NCBI GenBank assembly: GCA_951406725.2
Contig: OX597816.1
Location: forward strand, 10,850,001 to 10,914,000
Length of the DNA stretch: 64,000 bases
Direction of reading: 5' to 3'
Origin: Octopus vulgaris
Lineage: Eukaryota
The translations under genes and the position numbers were made by a program. Shown piece by piece: positions 39,128-51,901 of the stretch. Below the pieces are notes generated by a model. It was not told where the DNA came from and searched no databases. It saw only the letters and a program-made list of their open reading frames with translations. Each line of letters opens with the position of its first letter. The stretch's first letter is position 1.

Positions 39128-39360
39128 TCATCATCATCATCGTTTAACGTCCGCTTTTCATGCTAGCATGGGTTGGACGATTTTACTGAGGGCTGGTGAA
39201 CCGAATGGCTGCACCAGGCTCCAATCTGTTTGGGCAGAGTTTCTACAGCTGGATGCCCTTGCTGACGCCAACCACTCTGAGAATGTAATGGGTGCTTTTA
39301 CGTGTCACCAGTCAGGTGGTACTGGCAACGGCCATGCTCAAATGGTGTTTTTTTACATGC
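39128..39360 (-). mobile_element. SINE-like family C 3' part
   Basis: catcgtttaacgtccgcttttcatgctagcatgggttggacg. Confidence 0.8.
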
Positions 39361-40202
39361 AGTTAGTGCTAAAATTCCTTCCTTGTACACTACTATGTAT
39401 TTGTGCAAGAAATTAATGAAGAAAATAATAAAATATTTTAAAAGTATGTGCTAGGTTGAGTTTACTTGACAATCATTCTCTGCCATATTGCAAAAAATCT
39501 GAAGATGACATGGCAAGTGATCGGTGTCAATTGTTTTAAGCTTGAGTGGAATGTATGTATGAAGAGAGAATGCAGTTGTGTAAAATAGTTAAAGCAGGGA
39601 TCAAAACTGCATAGAAACCATGACATTCCAGCACTTTACATTTTATGCATGGCACCATTCTATAGAACTGACATCAAAAATCAATATAAAGTTGTTGCAG
39701 TTGTTTAGTGAGAATCAGCAAAAACAGGTAATAGTAGTGGTAGTAGTATTGGGAAAAGGAAAGAAAGAATGAATGAATAAAAGCAAGAAATCAAAATTTC
39801 AATTCATATATCAAAGAACGGTGATTGATTCTTGAAGCTGGCTACGGGGTAAAAGTTAGTGAAAAACAAGTGTTTGGCAAGGTTTGTGAACACATCAATC
39901 AAACTAGACAATGAGATATCGAATGTACAAACCATCCACTGTCTTGGGGGTGTAATAAACGCAGAAAGATATCTTGTAACCATATTTGTTATTTGTAAAT
40001 CGTATTTTAAAGATCAGTTAAAGCAATAAGTTGGCAGAAACAATGGAATGTCGAACTGAATGTTTTACAGCATTCAGATTTGCCACAATGCTACAAAACG
40101 AAAATGAAAGCAAAGTAAAAATTTCAAATCTTGCTGAGGTGGATTTTATCTTAAACACCAACATAGACACGATGCCAGTAAATATCATCAGGTTAATAAT
40201 AA

Positions 40203-40310
40203 TAATTTCACCTATGGTGAAATTTACCATGGTGGAATTTACCCATGGTGAAATTTACCTGGTGTAATTTTCTGTGACAGAATTTACTGTGGTGGAATTT
40301 TCTGGTCCCC
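40203..40310. repeat. Tandem ~15-16-bp quasi-palindromic units (ccatggtgaaattta)
   Basis: About 6 units visible. Confidence 0.8.
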
Positions 40311-41339
40311 ATGTGTGTGTATGCACATATACACACACATACTAAGATGGAGTCTGTGCCCTTTCAGGTGACCAGATTTGCTCACAGCATATTAATATGT
40401 GTGTGAACAGACAGACATAGATGAGTTATGTGTGACACAGGCATGGCTTTGCAAAACAAATACTTTCTGGTTAAGTTCCTTTACGTTCAGTAATTGTCTT
40501 GAAACAACAACAATGCCCCATCATCAGGAACATAAAGAAAACATGACAAAGATTGACCGTCCTTCAAAAATAAAACAAAAATTAGTCAAACTTATTCACT
40601 GAGGACGCCACGGAAGCTAAAATGACACAAAATAGTTCAGTGCACAAGCAGCAATCAAGAGATTGGTTAATAATAAAAATAAAACTGAGATGTTACAATG
40701 AACTTAGAAGTACATATTCCAAATATACGAGAGTATTTCAACATCAATTGTTTCCAAAAATGCTCACTAGTGTATTTGGTTGCACTCGTATACAATTTGC
40801 GAATTGGTTTATTGGTAGGGTCGTGAAGTGCTTGATTTCAACATAACCATTAACTTTTCACGCTTTATTTATTAAAATTGTATCTTCTTTTGTGCTGTAT
40901 TGTACTATCCTTATTTATCTCGGTGCAAAATGATACTTTTAAAATTTTTATAAGTCCATTTGCATATTATGTAAACTCTCTCACCTCCATATTTTTTTAT
41001 TTGTAAACTTTGTAAATATTTCCTTCCTCCTCACTATTCCTTTGTAAGGTTTGTTGAAAGTTTCACATTTTCTGTGTGTTTTAGGGGCTGTGTGGCCATT
41101 ATTATGATTATTATATAATTGTTCAACATTTGGCAGTTTGAGGCAAATTTCTCACTGCCTCACCTCCATGTTGCTGGGGTGTGTGCAGTATAGTGTGCTC
41201 TTTTCTGTTGTTGGGAGTACAAAAACTCTTTCCAGTATTGTATTTTGTTAGTTTTATTTTCTTCGGGTTTAGTGCAGTCTTTTATTGTATTACTGTTTGT
41301 ATTGTGTGTTGAGGAAATATTATTATTATTATCATTATT

Positions 41340-41840
41340 CTTCAGTAGTCTTATTTTTATCAGGTGCTTTCACTGCGCTACTGAGCACAGCTCTGTGTGC
41401 CTTGCGTATGTGCTGTGGTGATCTAATTTCACTGTATTGAAAGAGTTTTGCATAGGATGTGTGCAGTGCCTAGTAGTGCAATTTTCTGTATGTTATATAT
41501 ATTTGCAAGTCCTGGTGTTTTTGTTTTGTATTTGTCTGAATATTTTTTATCATACCTAATGCACCAACTATGAGAGGAATTGTTTCTGTTTTTAGATTCC
41601 ACATTCTGGTTACCTCTATTTCCAGGTCTTTGTATTTTGAAAGTTTCTCCATTTCTCTTAGAGAAAGGTTGTCATCTGTTGGTACATCTGTTGATACATC
41701 AATTAGAAAGCATTTTTTTCCTTCATTATCTCTGACAACTATATTTGATCTGTTGGCCTTCATTTCTCTATCTGTGTGTATTGGCATATCTCAGAGTATG
41801 GTTGCTTTCTCATTTTCTGTGACTTTTTCTGGCATATGTC
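41340..41840 (-). mobile_element. R4/Dong-like LINE 3' fragment (restriction-like endonuclease)
   Basis: DMPIHTDREMKANRSNIVVRD...FLIDVS...EKLSKYKDLEIEVTRMW...IVGALG; homologous to 45130-45805. Confidence 0.85.
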
Positions 41841-41883
41841 TTTTATTATTATTATTATTATCATCATCATCATTATTATTAAG

Positions 41884-42290
41884 ATGGTGAGCCCAGCAGA
41901 ATAGTTAGCACGCTGGACGAAATGCTTAGTCGCTACATTCTGAGTTCAAATTCCGCCTAGGCCGACTTTGCCTTTTCATCCTTTTGGGGTCGATAAATTA
42001 AGTACCAGTTGAACACTGGGGGCTGATGAAATCGACACAGCCCCTTGTGGCAAAATTTGAAACCATTATTATTATCATCATCATCATCGCAGAATCATTA
42101 GAGCATCACACCAAATTCCTGATGGTATTTCTTTTGACTTATTGCATTTTGAGCTTAAATCCTGCTGAGAGCAAATTTACCTTTCATCCTTTCAGAATCG
42201 ATAAAATAAGCATCAGTTGAATTCTGGGATTGAAATAATTGACTTTCCTCCTCCTCTAAAAGATTGTTTCCCTTGTGCCAAAATTTCAAA
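41884..42290 (+). mobile_element. Two SINE-B copies
   Basis: Homology to family B. Confidence 0.75.
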
Positions 42291-42991
42291 GCAGTTATTC
42301 TTATTTGGCCTTACACGGTATCGATGCTGTAATTAGTTTAATTATGCATCATATAGAACCACAATCCTTGGGTTTGGATGAAAAGCATTTTTGTTCTGCT
42401 ACAAAAGAACTTTTATTTTGTTCTTCATATCTCTTCATACTTTTTATCAAGAACTTCCCAAATGATTCTTACTCAACCACTTAAAACAGGTTTTTCTGCT
42501 TTGCAGCCAGTTCCAGATTAAGATGTAGCTTTCCCTGATTCTCTCTCAAATCCTTTGTCATAGTTCCAAAAGTCTTTCTGATAATTAACCAAATCATCAC
42601 CTTGTGAACTTTTATCCCAGCAGATAAAAATTTTGTACTTCAAATCTGTATAACATTCAGCATTTTCCTTTCCTTGCCTTTTTTTCTTGTTCTTAATTCT
42701 CGCACCAAATGGACATACCATATCCTTTACAAGAACACACTTTGTTCTTCTTATCAACGACTAAAGTATCTGCCTTGCTGTCCATTATTTTTTCTTTTCC
42801 TTTGCACAAGAAAGTCTCATAATCACCTCACTTTATTGTTTTAAGGACTTTCCTTTCTGTGCCTACAAAATTGCCAAAGCACTTCAATGATGGTGATGAT
42901 GATGAAGATAATAACATTGCTGCTGTTGTTGTTGTTGCTATTATTGTTGTTGTTCTTCTATCATCATCATCATCGTTATCATCATCGTAAA

Positions 42992-43220
42992 AGCAGCAAG
43001 CTGGCAGAATCTTTACTGCATTGGACAAAATGCTTAATGGCATTTCTTATGGCTTTTTATATTCTGAGTTCAAATTCCACCAAGGTTGACTTAGCTTTTC
43101 AGTATTTTGTGTTTAATAAAATAAGTACCAGTTAAATACTGGGGGTGGGGGATCGATGAAATTGTGAAATTGACTTAACCCCCTCCTTAAAATTCCTGAC
43201 CAAGGGTCAAAACTTCAAAC
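42992..43220 (+). mobile_element. SINE family B
   Basis: Homology to family B. Confidence 0.75.
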
Positions 43221-43320
43221 CATCATTATATGATTTGACTCTGATTTGGTCATGTCCCAGGTAGAATTTATCTGGTTCCCACCTGCAACCTGTCGGTATC
43301 CATAAGCTTCCAATAATCTT

Positions 43321-43565
43321 TCAAGTGCATAAAACCATTCTTTTAACCTTTCTTGTCTTTAAGGGATAAACTTTCTGTAGAAGCTCTACAGGACATTCCA
43401 TTCCAATCTCCTTCAACCATTTGCCTGTACCTTTACTTACAGTTCCCAATGCACCAACTATTATAGGCACAACCCTTACACATTTCATATTCCAAATTCT
43501 TGCAATTTCAAATTTTAAGGGATTGTATTTCTTAATTTTTTCCTCATATTCTTCTTCTCCTTGTT
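43321..43565 (-). mobile_element. R4/Dong-like LINE endonuclease C-terminus
   Basis: EEKIKKYNPLKFEIARIWNMKCVRVVPIIVGALGTV...ELLQK. Confidence 0.8.
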
Positions 43566-43629
43566 GCCAAGGCAGTGAACTGCCTTGACACAATGATACA
43601 TGATAGCACTTTCTTCTTCTTCTTGTAAA

Positions 43630-43842
43630 AGCAGCAAGCTGGCAGAACCATAACTACATTGGACAAAATGCTTAGCAGCATTTCTTCCAGCTCTTTACAT
43701 GCTGAGCTCAAATCCTTCCAAGGACAACTTTACCTTTCATCCTTTTGGGGTCAATAAAATGAGTACTACCTCAACACTGGGTTCGATGTAATTAACTTGC
43801 CACCCCTCAAAATTGCTAGTCTTGTACCAAAAATTTGAAACT
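43630..43842 (+). mobile_element. SINE family B
   Basis: Homology to family B. Confidence 0.75.
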
Positions 43843-44269
43843 ATTTCTACCATTATAATTTATCTTTGATAGTTTCACAAGAATCTCTACTGCACCACCT
43901 GGTGGACCTTTATGTTCTTGAGGTGTGTGTAGCATTGGGATATTTTTGAGGCTTGGGATAGTATAGACTACCCATATTGGCATACTAGATCATTGTATTT
44001 TGTTATGAGGTTTAGGCCCTTGTTTCTTGTTATGTTCTGTTGTGTGTGGTGTGTGCAATGTGAGTTGCATTCATTTATTGGGCCTTAATTTTGTATCAGA
44101 TATGTTACCTGAGTTGACTGTTTTAGGTTATTACATGCTTGTTGTCTAGGGAGTAATTCTATGTGAAAATTGATCTGTTTGAGCCATTCTATTAAACCAT
44201 CAGCAATTGTATTGAATTGATAGAGTCTTGTGCAATATGAAAGCTGTTCTCCTAGCAACACTATTTTTA

Positions 44270-44500
44270 TTTCTTTATTATCCACAAGGGGCTAAACATA
44301 GAGGGTACAAACAAGGACAGACAAAGGGATTAAGTCAATTACATCGACCCCAGTGCGTGACTGGTACTTATTTAATCGACCCCTGAAAGGATAAAAAGCA
44401 AAGTCGACCTTAGCGTAATTTGAACTCAGAACTTAACGGCAGACGAAATACTGCTAAGCATTTTACTCGGCATGCTAGTGATTCTGCCAGCTTGCCACCC
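44270..44500 (-). mobile_element. SINE family B with 11-bp flanking direct repeat
   Basis: ctagcaacact(at) at ~44252 and ~44500 is a candidate TSD. Confidence 0.85.
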
Positions 44501-44544
44501 TAGCAACACTATTCTTTGGGGTAATGTGTAGCGCTGTGATTGTA

Positions 44545-45100
44545 TATCTATAGTTGCTTGTAGCCAGACGTTGGTCGTGTGCAGTTAGGATTAGTCCCTC
44601 CATTTCTGCTTTGAATCCAGAGCTTTTGAGCCATCTTTGACTTTTGAATCCTTGGTGACTTACACTTTGGCTCACTTCATCTCTTAGAAGCTTTGCTGGG
44701 CATTGGCAATGGTGAGTTTATTTGTTTTTTTTTCTCCATTTCATCTTGTATATGTTTTGTAGTTTTATTTTCATGGTTTTTTTTTGTATATCTTACCATT
44801 TCTGTTGTGCTTTTCCTAAATTCATTGTTTCAGTGTTGTTCATTTCTGATTTGCATTTTATCACTTCCTTGTGTATAGAGAAGAGATTTTGTTCTTTTTG
44901 CTTCTATATTACATTAATGAGCCTTCCTTATTTGTTTCTAGGCACGCATCCAGTTCAACATTTGTTATTTTGCAGAAGTTTTCTATTTGTGTCAGGCCAT
45001 GATCCCCTTGTATGCAGGATAGCTAGATTCTGTCTATATCTGCTTTTGGGTGATGGCTTTGGTATACTGTTAGTAATTTCCTGGTTTTTCTGTCTAATTT
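44545..45100 (-). mobile_element. Degenerate R4/Dong-like LINE ORF fragment (post-RT region)
   Basis: SQRWLKSSGFKAEMEGLILTAHDQRLATSNY resembles WL....LK.ETEG.I.AAQDQ.L.T.NY. Confidence 0.65.
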
Positions 45101-45129
45101 TCCCTTTCACTTAGGTCCCAGTTTTATTA

Positions 45130-45805
45130 TTGTTCAGTAGTCTTATTTTTATAACATGCTTTTACTGCACTACCAAGCACAGCTCTGTGTGACTTGGGTA
45201 TGTGTTGTGGTTTGTTGTGATGCCCTTATTTTTACAGTATTGAAAGTGTTTTGCATAGGATGTGTGCAGTGCCCAGTAGTGCTATTTTCCATATGTTATA
45301 ATATATTTGTAAGTCCTGGTGTTTTTGTTATGTATTTGTCTGAATATTTTTTTATCATACCTAATGCACCTACTATGATAGGAATTGTTTCTGTTTTTAG
45401 ATTCCACATTCTGGTTACCTCTATTTCCAGGTCTTTGTATTTTGAAAGTTTCTCCATTTCTTTTAGAGACACATTGTCATCTGCTGGTATTGATACATCA
45501 ATTAGAAAGCATTTTTTCCTTGATGATCTCTGACAACTATATCTGGCCTATTGGCCTTAATTTCTCAATCTGTGTGTATTGGCATATCCCATAGTATGGT
45601 TGCTTTCTCATTTTCTGTGACCTTTTCTGGCATGTGCCTATACCATCTTTTTTCTGTTGTTATTCCATAGTGTTGACATAGCTTCCAGTGTATATAGGTC
45701 CCAACACTGTCATGTCTGTGAAAATATTCTTTCTTAGCCAGGACTGGGCAGCCAGAGACATGGTTTATTGTTTCTGGTTCATCTCCACATATTCTGCAGA
45801 TACTT
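45130..45805 (-). mobile_element. R4/Dong-like LINE 3' fragment: CCHC knuckle plus restriction-like endonuclease
   Basis: CRICGDEPETINHVSGCPVLAKKEYFHRHDSVG...ILWDMPIHTD...RPDIVV...FLIDVSIP. Confidence 0.9.
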
Positions 45806-45821
45806 ATTATCATTATTATTG

Positions 45822-46135
45822 CCTTTGCACAGCTTCTAACGCTAGAGATGTAACACAGTGTCAGCTCTTCACTGCCAGTGAACTAAGGTAATACCTTTTA
45901 TTTTTTGAGCACCTTCCAGAGTATTCAAACGGTTCCAAGCAGTGCTGTTTTCTGAAAGTGCTCCACACTTATTGCAGCCCCTATTTGTTCCATGTACTTC
46001 TCAAGATTTTTACTCACTGTTCCCAGGGTTCTGACAATTACTGGTACTACTACCATATTTTTCATCGACCACAACTGCTTAACCTCCCAAGCTAACCTGT
46101 CAGATCTATCGACTTTTCTTTTTTCCGTATCGCAG
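45822..46135 (-). mobile_element. Second R4/Dong-like LINE 3' end
   Basis: Minus strand VVVPVIVRTLGTVSKNLEKYMEQIG...VEHFQKTALLGTV. Confidence 0.7.
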
Positions 46136-46354
46136 TTGTATTATTATTATTATTGCTATTATTATTGTTGTTGTTGTTGTTGAAATAATATTTATTTCCC
46201 TCTGCAAAATTGTATTATTTTTACCTTGAAACAAGTTTTGTTTTGATAGTTCATGTAAATTTTTTAAATTTGTAAATTTGTAAAAATTTAAGTTCTTAAT
46301 TTTAATGTGATGATAAATAAATAAAACCATTCCCTTGAAGGAAAACTGAGAGAG

Positions 46355-46396
<42 letters not shown>

Positions 46397-46859
46397 AACC
46401 ACATAACCGCAAAACCTTGTCATCACCACCACCACCAACAATAACAACAACAACAACAGCAGCAGCAATAACAATTATGGAAACAAACATGATAACAGCA
46501 ACAAGAACAATATCAGTAATAACAAAAGCAATAACATCAATAATAAAAAATAATAATAACAACAATAAAATACAACAAAAACAGCAACGGCAACAACAAC
46601 AACCTTAATGATAAACTGTAATGAGAAGAAATGTAAAACTATGGAAGACCATCATTAAATTCAAATGAACCAAGTTGATGAGTTTTAATTTTTGCTCTTT
46701 ATGTCCTTCTGTATTGTTTTTAAGGAATTTCCTCTGAGATATAATTGGTTTTATATGGTTGTTTTATGGTTGGTGAAAAGAGATGAGCTGTGGGAGGCTG
46801 TCGTTGGTGGATTTCACTAAATTTTTATTGGAATTGCAGGAAGATGGAAAGGAAGAGAA

Positions 46860-46904
<45 letters not shown>

Positions 46905-47064
46905 GAGGGAGAGAGAGGAGAGGGGGAATAAGAGGAAGGAGAAAGAGAGCGAAAGAAAGAGAGAGGGGTGTTGGTGGAAATGCATGTGTAAAATCTCATA
47001 TGTGCACACTGATGTATATAAGTACATATTGAGATTATATACATATGAGCTTATAGACACAAAG

Positions 47065-47173
47065 GCATATGAACACACACACAACATACACAAATATGTA
47101 CACATACATATACACACAAACACATGCTCTCTCTCTCTCTGTCACAGACAAACACATACATACAAATACATGC

Positions 47174-47206
<33 letters not shown>

Positions 47207-47519
47207 ACATACACAATTATGTACACACACACACATAAACACATACATACAAACACATGCTCTCTCTATCTCACACACACACATACACACACACACAACA
47301 TACACAAATATGTACATACACACACAAATACATACATACAAACACATGCTCTCTCTCTCTCTCTCACACACATACACACACAACATACACAAATATGTAC
47401 ACACACACACATAAACACATACATACAAACACATGCTCTATCTCTTTCACACACACAGATTCAGGATCAGTAAACTACAACAAAGAGAGGGATAAAGTGA
47501 AAGAGAGACATAGAGTAAT

Positions 47520-47607
<88 letters not shown>

Positions 47608-47760
47608 CACCCACTGTCACACTTTCATATTCAAATTGATATACACACATACTTGGACATACATATACACATGCAATTAAATAAACTCTCTCATACACAT
47701 GCATGCACACACACACACACACACACACAAACACATGCACACTCAGATACTCATACACAG
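47065..47760. repeat. (CA)n/(CT)n/(GA)n/(TG)n compound field with higher-order unit
   Basis: acaacatacacaaatatgtac...aaacacatgctctctct repeated about 4 times. Confidence 0.9.
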
Positions 47761-47777
47761 ATAAAATTAGCATTAAG

Positions 47778-48256
47778 TCAGTTGATCCAATCAACAGAAC
47801 AGCCTGCTCATGAAATTAATGTGCAAGTGGCTGAGCACTCCACAGACACGTGTACCCTTAACGTAGTTCGCAATGAGATTAAGCATGACACAGAGTGTTA
47901 CAAGGCTGGTCCCTTTGAATTACGGGTATGACTCATTAATGCCAGCTGAGTTGAATGGAGCAATGTGAAATAAAGTATCTTGCTCAAGGACACAACACTG
48001 CCAGTGGGAATTGTGTGTGTGTATGTTTCTCTGTGTTTGAGTGTATGTGTGTTAGCATGTGGGTTTGTGTGTGTATGTGTATATATGCACATGTGTATTT
48101 GTGTGCGTGTGTTTGTGTGTGTGTATATGTGTGCATGTGTGTATTAGCGAGTGTGTTTGTGTGTGCATGTGTGTGTTAGTGTGTGTGAAGACTCATGATT
48201 GCTAGATCAGGAGCCAAATACCCTAACCATTAAGCCACATACCTTCACCTCATGCA
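47778..48256 (-). mobile_element. tRNA/CORE-type SINE with tail type 3, interrupted at ~48013-48190
   Basis: Head gtgaaggtatgtggcttaatggttagggtatttggctc; gtgtccttgagcaagatacttt; tail matches 33255-33400. Confidence 0.7.
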
Positions 48257-49454
48257 TAGCTACACACACATACATGCACACACGTGCACACACAACATAC
48301 AAACACAGATTCAGATAAATCAAATAAAAAAGAGAGAAAAAGTGATGCTCATGTTTGTGTGTGAGAATATGTATATATAATGTGTGTGTGTGAGAGAGAA
48401 TCTTTGAAAGTGTAAGTGTGTGTATATGTGTGTTTGTGTGTGTGTGTGCTTGAATATTTGAAAGTGTATGTAAGTATGTGTATGTATTATGAGTGTATGT
48501 GTGTATGTGTGTGTGTGTGTATGTGTGTACCAATATTTGAGAGTGTATCTAAGTATGTGTATGTATTATGAGTGTATGTGTGTGTAAGAATATTTGAAAG
48601 TGTGTGTAAGTATGTGTATGTATATGTGTGTATGTGACAGTGTCTAGGAGCAGGTTTGAATGATTAGATTTGTGTATATAGGGTTTTGGAGAGAGAGAGA
48701 GAGAGAGTGTTTGTGTGTATGTGTTTGGGTGTGTGTGTGTGTTTCTGTGTGTTTGTGTGCATGTGTATTAGCATGTGGGTTTGTGTGTGTATATGTATAT
48801 GTGCACATGTATGTTTGTGTGTGTGTATTTGTGTGTGCATGTGTGTTAGCATGTGTGTTTCTGTGTCTGTGTATGTGTGCACGTGTGTGTTAGCATGTGG
48901 GTTTGTGTGTGTATGTGTATATGTACGCATGTGTATTTGCGTGCGTGTGTGTGTGTTTGTGTCTGTATATGTGTGCGTGTGTGTGTTAGCGAGTGTGTTT
49001 GTGTGTGCATGTGTGTGTTAGTGTGTGTGAAGACACACTGTTTAGTGGTTAAAGCACTGCACTCATGATTGCTAGATTGAGGGTTCAGTTCCTAGACTGG
49101 TTGCAAGTGTCATACTCTTGAGCAATACACTTCATTTCCCACTGCTCTGCAGGTGGGAGAGTGGCTGAATCATTAGCACGTCAGCAGAAATGTTTTACAG
49201 TATATCTTCCAGTTCTCTACATTCTCAGTTCAAATCTCACCTCCCCCACTTTGGAGAAGGCAAAGGAAAACCACTCCAGTATTTATCTCAAGTCTAGTTG
49301 TGCAAGCTGAAGGGCCACCCCAGGTCTTTTAGAATGTGTTCGAGATGGTTTACATGAACAAGACCAGTCCAAGAGCAGACCACCACTACACTATTTACAC
49401 ACATATATGTGCACATTTACACACATACACACACACACATATATATATATATAT

Positions 49455-49650
49455 CATCATCATCATCGTTTAACGTCCGTTCTCCATGCTAGCATGGGTT
49501 GGACGGTTCGACCGGGGATCTGGGAAGCCAGAAGGCTGCACCAGGCTCCAGTCTGATCTGGCAGTGTTTCTACAGCTGGATGCCCTTCCTAACGCCAACC
49601 ACTCCGTGAGTGTAGTGGGTGCTTTTTACGTGCCACCTGCACAGGTGCCC
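49455..49650 (-). mobile_element. SINE-like family C 3' part
   Basis: Reverse complement of 37110-37315. Confidence 0.85.
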
Positions 49651-49670
49651 GGTATATATATATATATATA

Positions 49671-50940
49671 CAAGGGGCGTTCAATAAGTAATGCCCCTGA
49701 CCCACTTGCATTTGTTTGATCTAGCTGAAATTTTGCATGTGCACTTATTTATACCTCTATAGATTAAGTAGCGAATTACAGCTCTGAACTAATTGTGGTT
49801 TCTGATTTACAGGTGTTTGAACTGAGTCAAGTGTGAAATGGAGCCTGTTGAGTGTCGAGCAGTGATCTGGTTTTTGTATTTGAAAGGACGCACACCACAG
49901 GAGACTTTTGATGAAATGAAAATAACTTATGGTGATGATGCCCCATCATATGACCTTGTAAAACGCTGGCATTGTGAATTCAAACATAGTCGGAATTCTG
50001 TGGAAACAGCTCCCAGATCTGGTCGCCCCCTTCTGCCGTTGATGAGACGTCTGTCCGTCAAGTTGAGGCTGCCATTTTGGAAGGTCAACGCATAACTATT
50101 CGCCAAATAGCCCATAAGGTCAAGATTAGTACCGGGTCTGTGGAAACTATCATTCATGACTATTTGCATATGCAAAAGGTGTCTGCCAGAAAGATTTCCA
50201 GGTTGCTCACACCTTTCCAGAAGCAAGAACGCGTTGAGTGCTCGATGATGAATTTGGAGATGTGCCAAGAAGATGAGTCAAAATTTTTCAAAAGACTGAT
50301 CACACAGGATAAAACCTGGGTCCATCACTATGATCCATAGACCAAAGCGAAGTCAATGCAGTGAAAGCACCGTGACTCACCTCCTCCAAAGAAGGCAAGG
50401 GTGCAGCCCTCTGCTGACAAGGTTATGCTCACAGTCTTCTGGGACCAGGACGAAGTAGTGATGACAGATTTCCTGGCAAAGGGTACCACAATTACAGGAG
50501 CCTATTATGCTTCACTTTTGAGGAAATTAAGAGAAGCTATCAAAATCAAGAGGCGGGGCAAGATCAGCAAAGGCATCCTCCTCCTGCAGGACAACGCTCC
50601 AGTCCACAACTCGCGTGTCACCAGATCAGAAGCACAGGCGTGCAGCTATGAACTCCTCCCCTTGCACCCTCTGATTTTCACCTCTTCCCAGCCATGAAGT
50701 TGATTTTGAAAGGAAAGCGTTTCCCAGATGATGCAGCCTTGATTTCTGAAGTCACGTCGTGGTTGGAGGACCAAGCTGGGGTCTTCTACAAAAACGGTCT
50801 CCAGAGCTGTATCAAACGATGGGAGAAATGCATAACTCTGGGTAGTTCCTATGTAGGAACAGACTAATAACTGTGCCAAGTGTCGTTGCTCTACTGCTAT
50901 GGGAAGTGGGTCAGGGGCATTACTTATTGAACGCCCCTCG
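49671..50940 (+). mobile_element. Full-length mariner DNA transposon (1270 bp) inserted in (TA)n
   Basis: 37-bp TIRs C(A/G)AGGGGCGTTCAATAAGTAATGCCCCTGACCCACTT at 49671-49707 and 50904-50940, 1 mismatch; TA on both sides. Confidence 0.97.
49838..50867 (+). pseudogene. Mariner transposase pseudogene
   Basis: HTH region (RAVI.FL...VKRW...RSGRP), ITQDKTWVHHYDP, KVMLTVFWD, LLQDNAPVH, SDFHLF...RWEKCI; frameshifts, stops, YSPDL motif deleted. Confidence 0.92.
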
Positions 50941-51003
50941 TATATAGATATATGAATAAATGAAAGAATGGAGTCGAACGAAGATGTTAACAAAATTCCT
51001 TTA

Positions 51004-51085
51004 CTCTCGACATATGTTTCGAAGACAACATGTTTTCATTCCAAAGGAATAAAGGGTGCATTATGCAATCTTCTCATCAGGAAAG
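51004..51085 (-). ncRNA. Type I hammerhead ribozyme
   Basis: ctttc-CTGATGA-GAAGA...TCTTC-GAAA-catat-GTC-gagag; palindromic stem III ACATATGT. Confidence 0.8.
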
Positions 51086-51364
51086 AAAGGGAGCCTCTCT
51101 CGACAACAAGACAAACAAAAATTTGGATGATTGCCTACATGGTAAACAAAGCGATAATGAGTGTTTTTTTAAAAAAACCGTTAGAAGAATTGACCTCAAA
51201 GATAGATAGTAGGAAGAGAAGGGTTAAAGGAATAATAGGTAGGGAACAAGTGGAGAGGGAATGGTACGTTGATCGAAAGAATGTTCGAAGGCTTAGGAAA
51301 GAATTTCTCTATAGCAGTGGGATGGACGTGAAGCTAATTGTTCAAACCACAGTGACTATCGTTA

Positions 51365-51901
51365 TCATTTATATGAGTAGAAAGTGTGTTTCTGCCAGTG
51401 TTTACAGTTGTATGATTTTTCTATGAGTGTGTTTACTAGGGGAACCTTAGAGAAAAGAATATGGAAGAGTTCAGAGTTACAAATGTCACAAAATCTCCTG
51501 TCCTTATCAAAAGGAAAGGATACAGACAGTATGAACCAATCTAACTTGAAATTTACATTGTTGTCTTTAAGACGCCAAACTAATTTACTTAGCCCTGTAC
51601 TATGTCGTTTTTTACTATCCCTGAATGTTGAATAGTGGTTTGAAATTCTCTTGGATAACTGGGAAGTGGACGCTCCTATATAGAAGACATCGGTACCGGA
51701 AGAAATTCTACACTGGTAAATAGAATTCTTAATCTTAGAATTACTAGACAAAAATTTAATTCTCTTGGGGTTGTCCTCTGAGATCGAAACAAAGTTTTTA
51801 TTGTTATGATTGTTGTTACTGTTATTATTAGCACTAACAACTACACTATTTCTATTATTATTAGTATTATTAATGGTACTACAACACACAAATTTCTGCA
51901 C
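51365..51901 (-). CDS. PLE-type GIY-YIG endonuclease domain; open frame, no Met
   Basis: SIYQC...FYIGAST...KRISNHYSTF...STGLSKLVW.LK...CDIC.SE...LVN...E...CKH; Asn-rich linker upstream. Confidence 0.8.
   Translation of the reverse strand: MQKFVCCSTINNTNNNRNSVVVSANNNSNNNHNNKNFVSISEDNPKRIKFLSSNSKIKNSIYQCRISSGTDVFYIGASTSQLSKRISNHYSTFRDSKKRHSTGLSKLVWRLKDNNVNFKLDWFILSVSFPFDKDRRFCDICNSELFHILFSKVPLVNTLIEKSYNCKHWQKHTFYSYK

Noticed and set aside
50968-51426. 152-aa plus-strand ORF
   Set aside because: Antisense to the PLE 3' UTR and hammerhead; no recognisable domain
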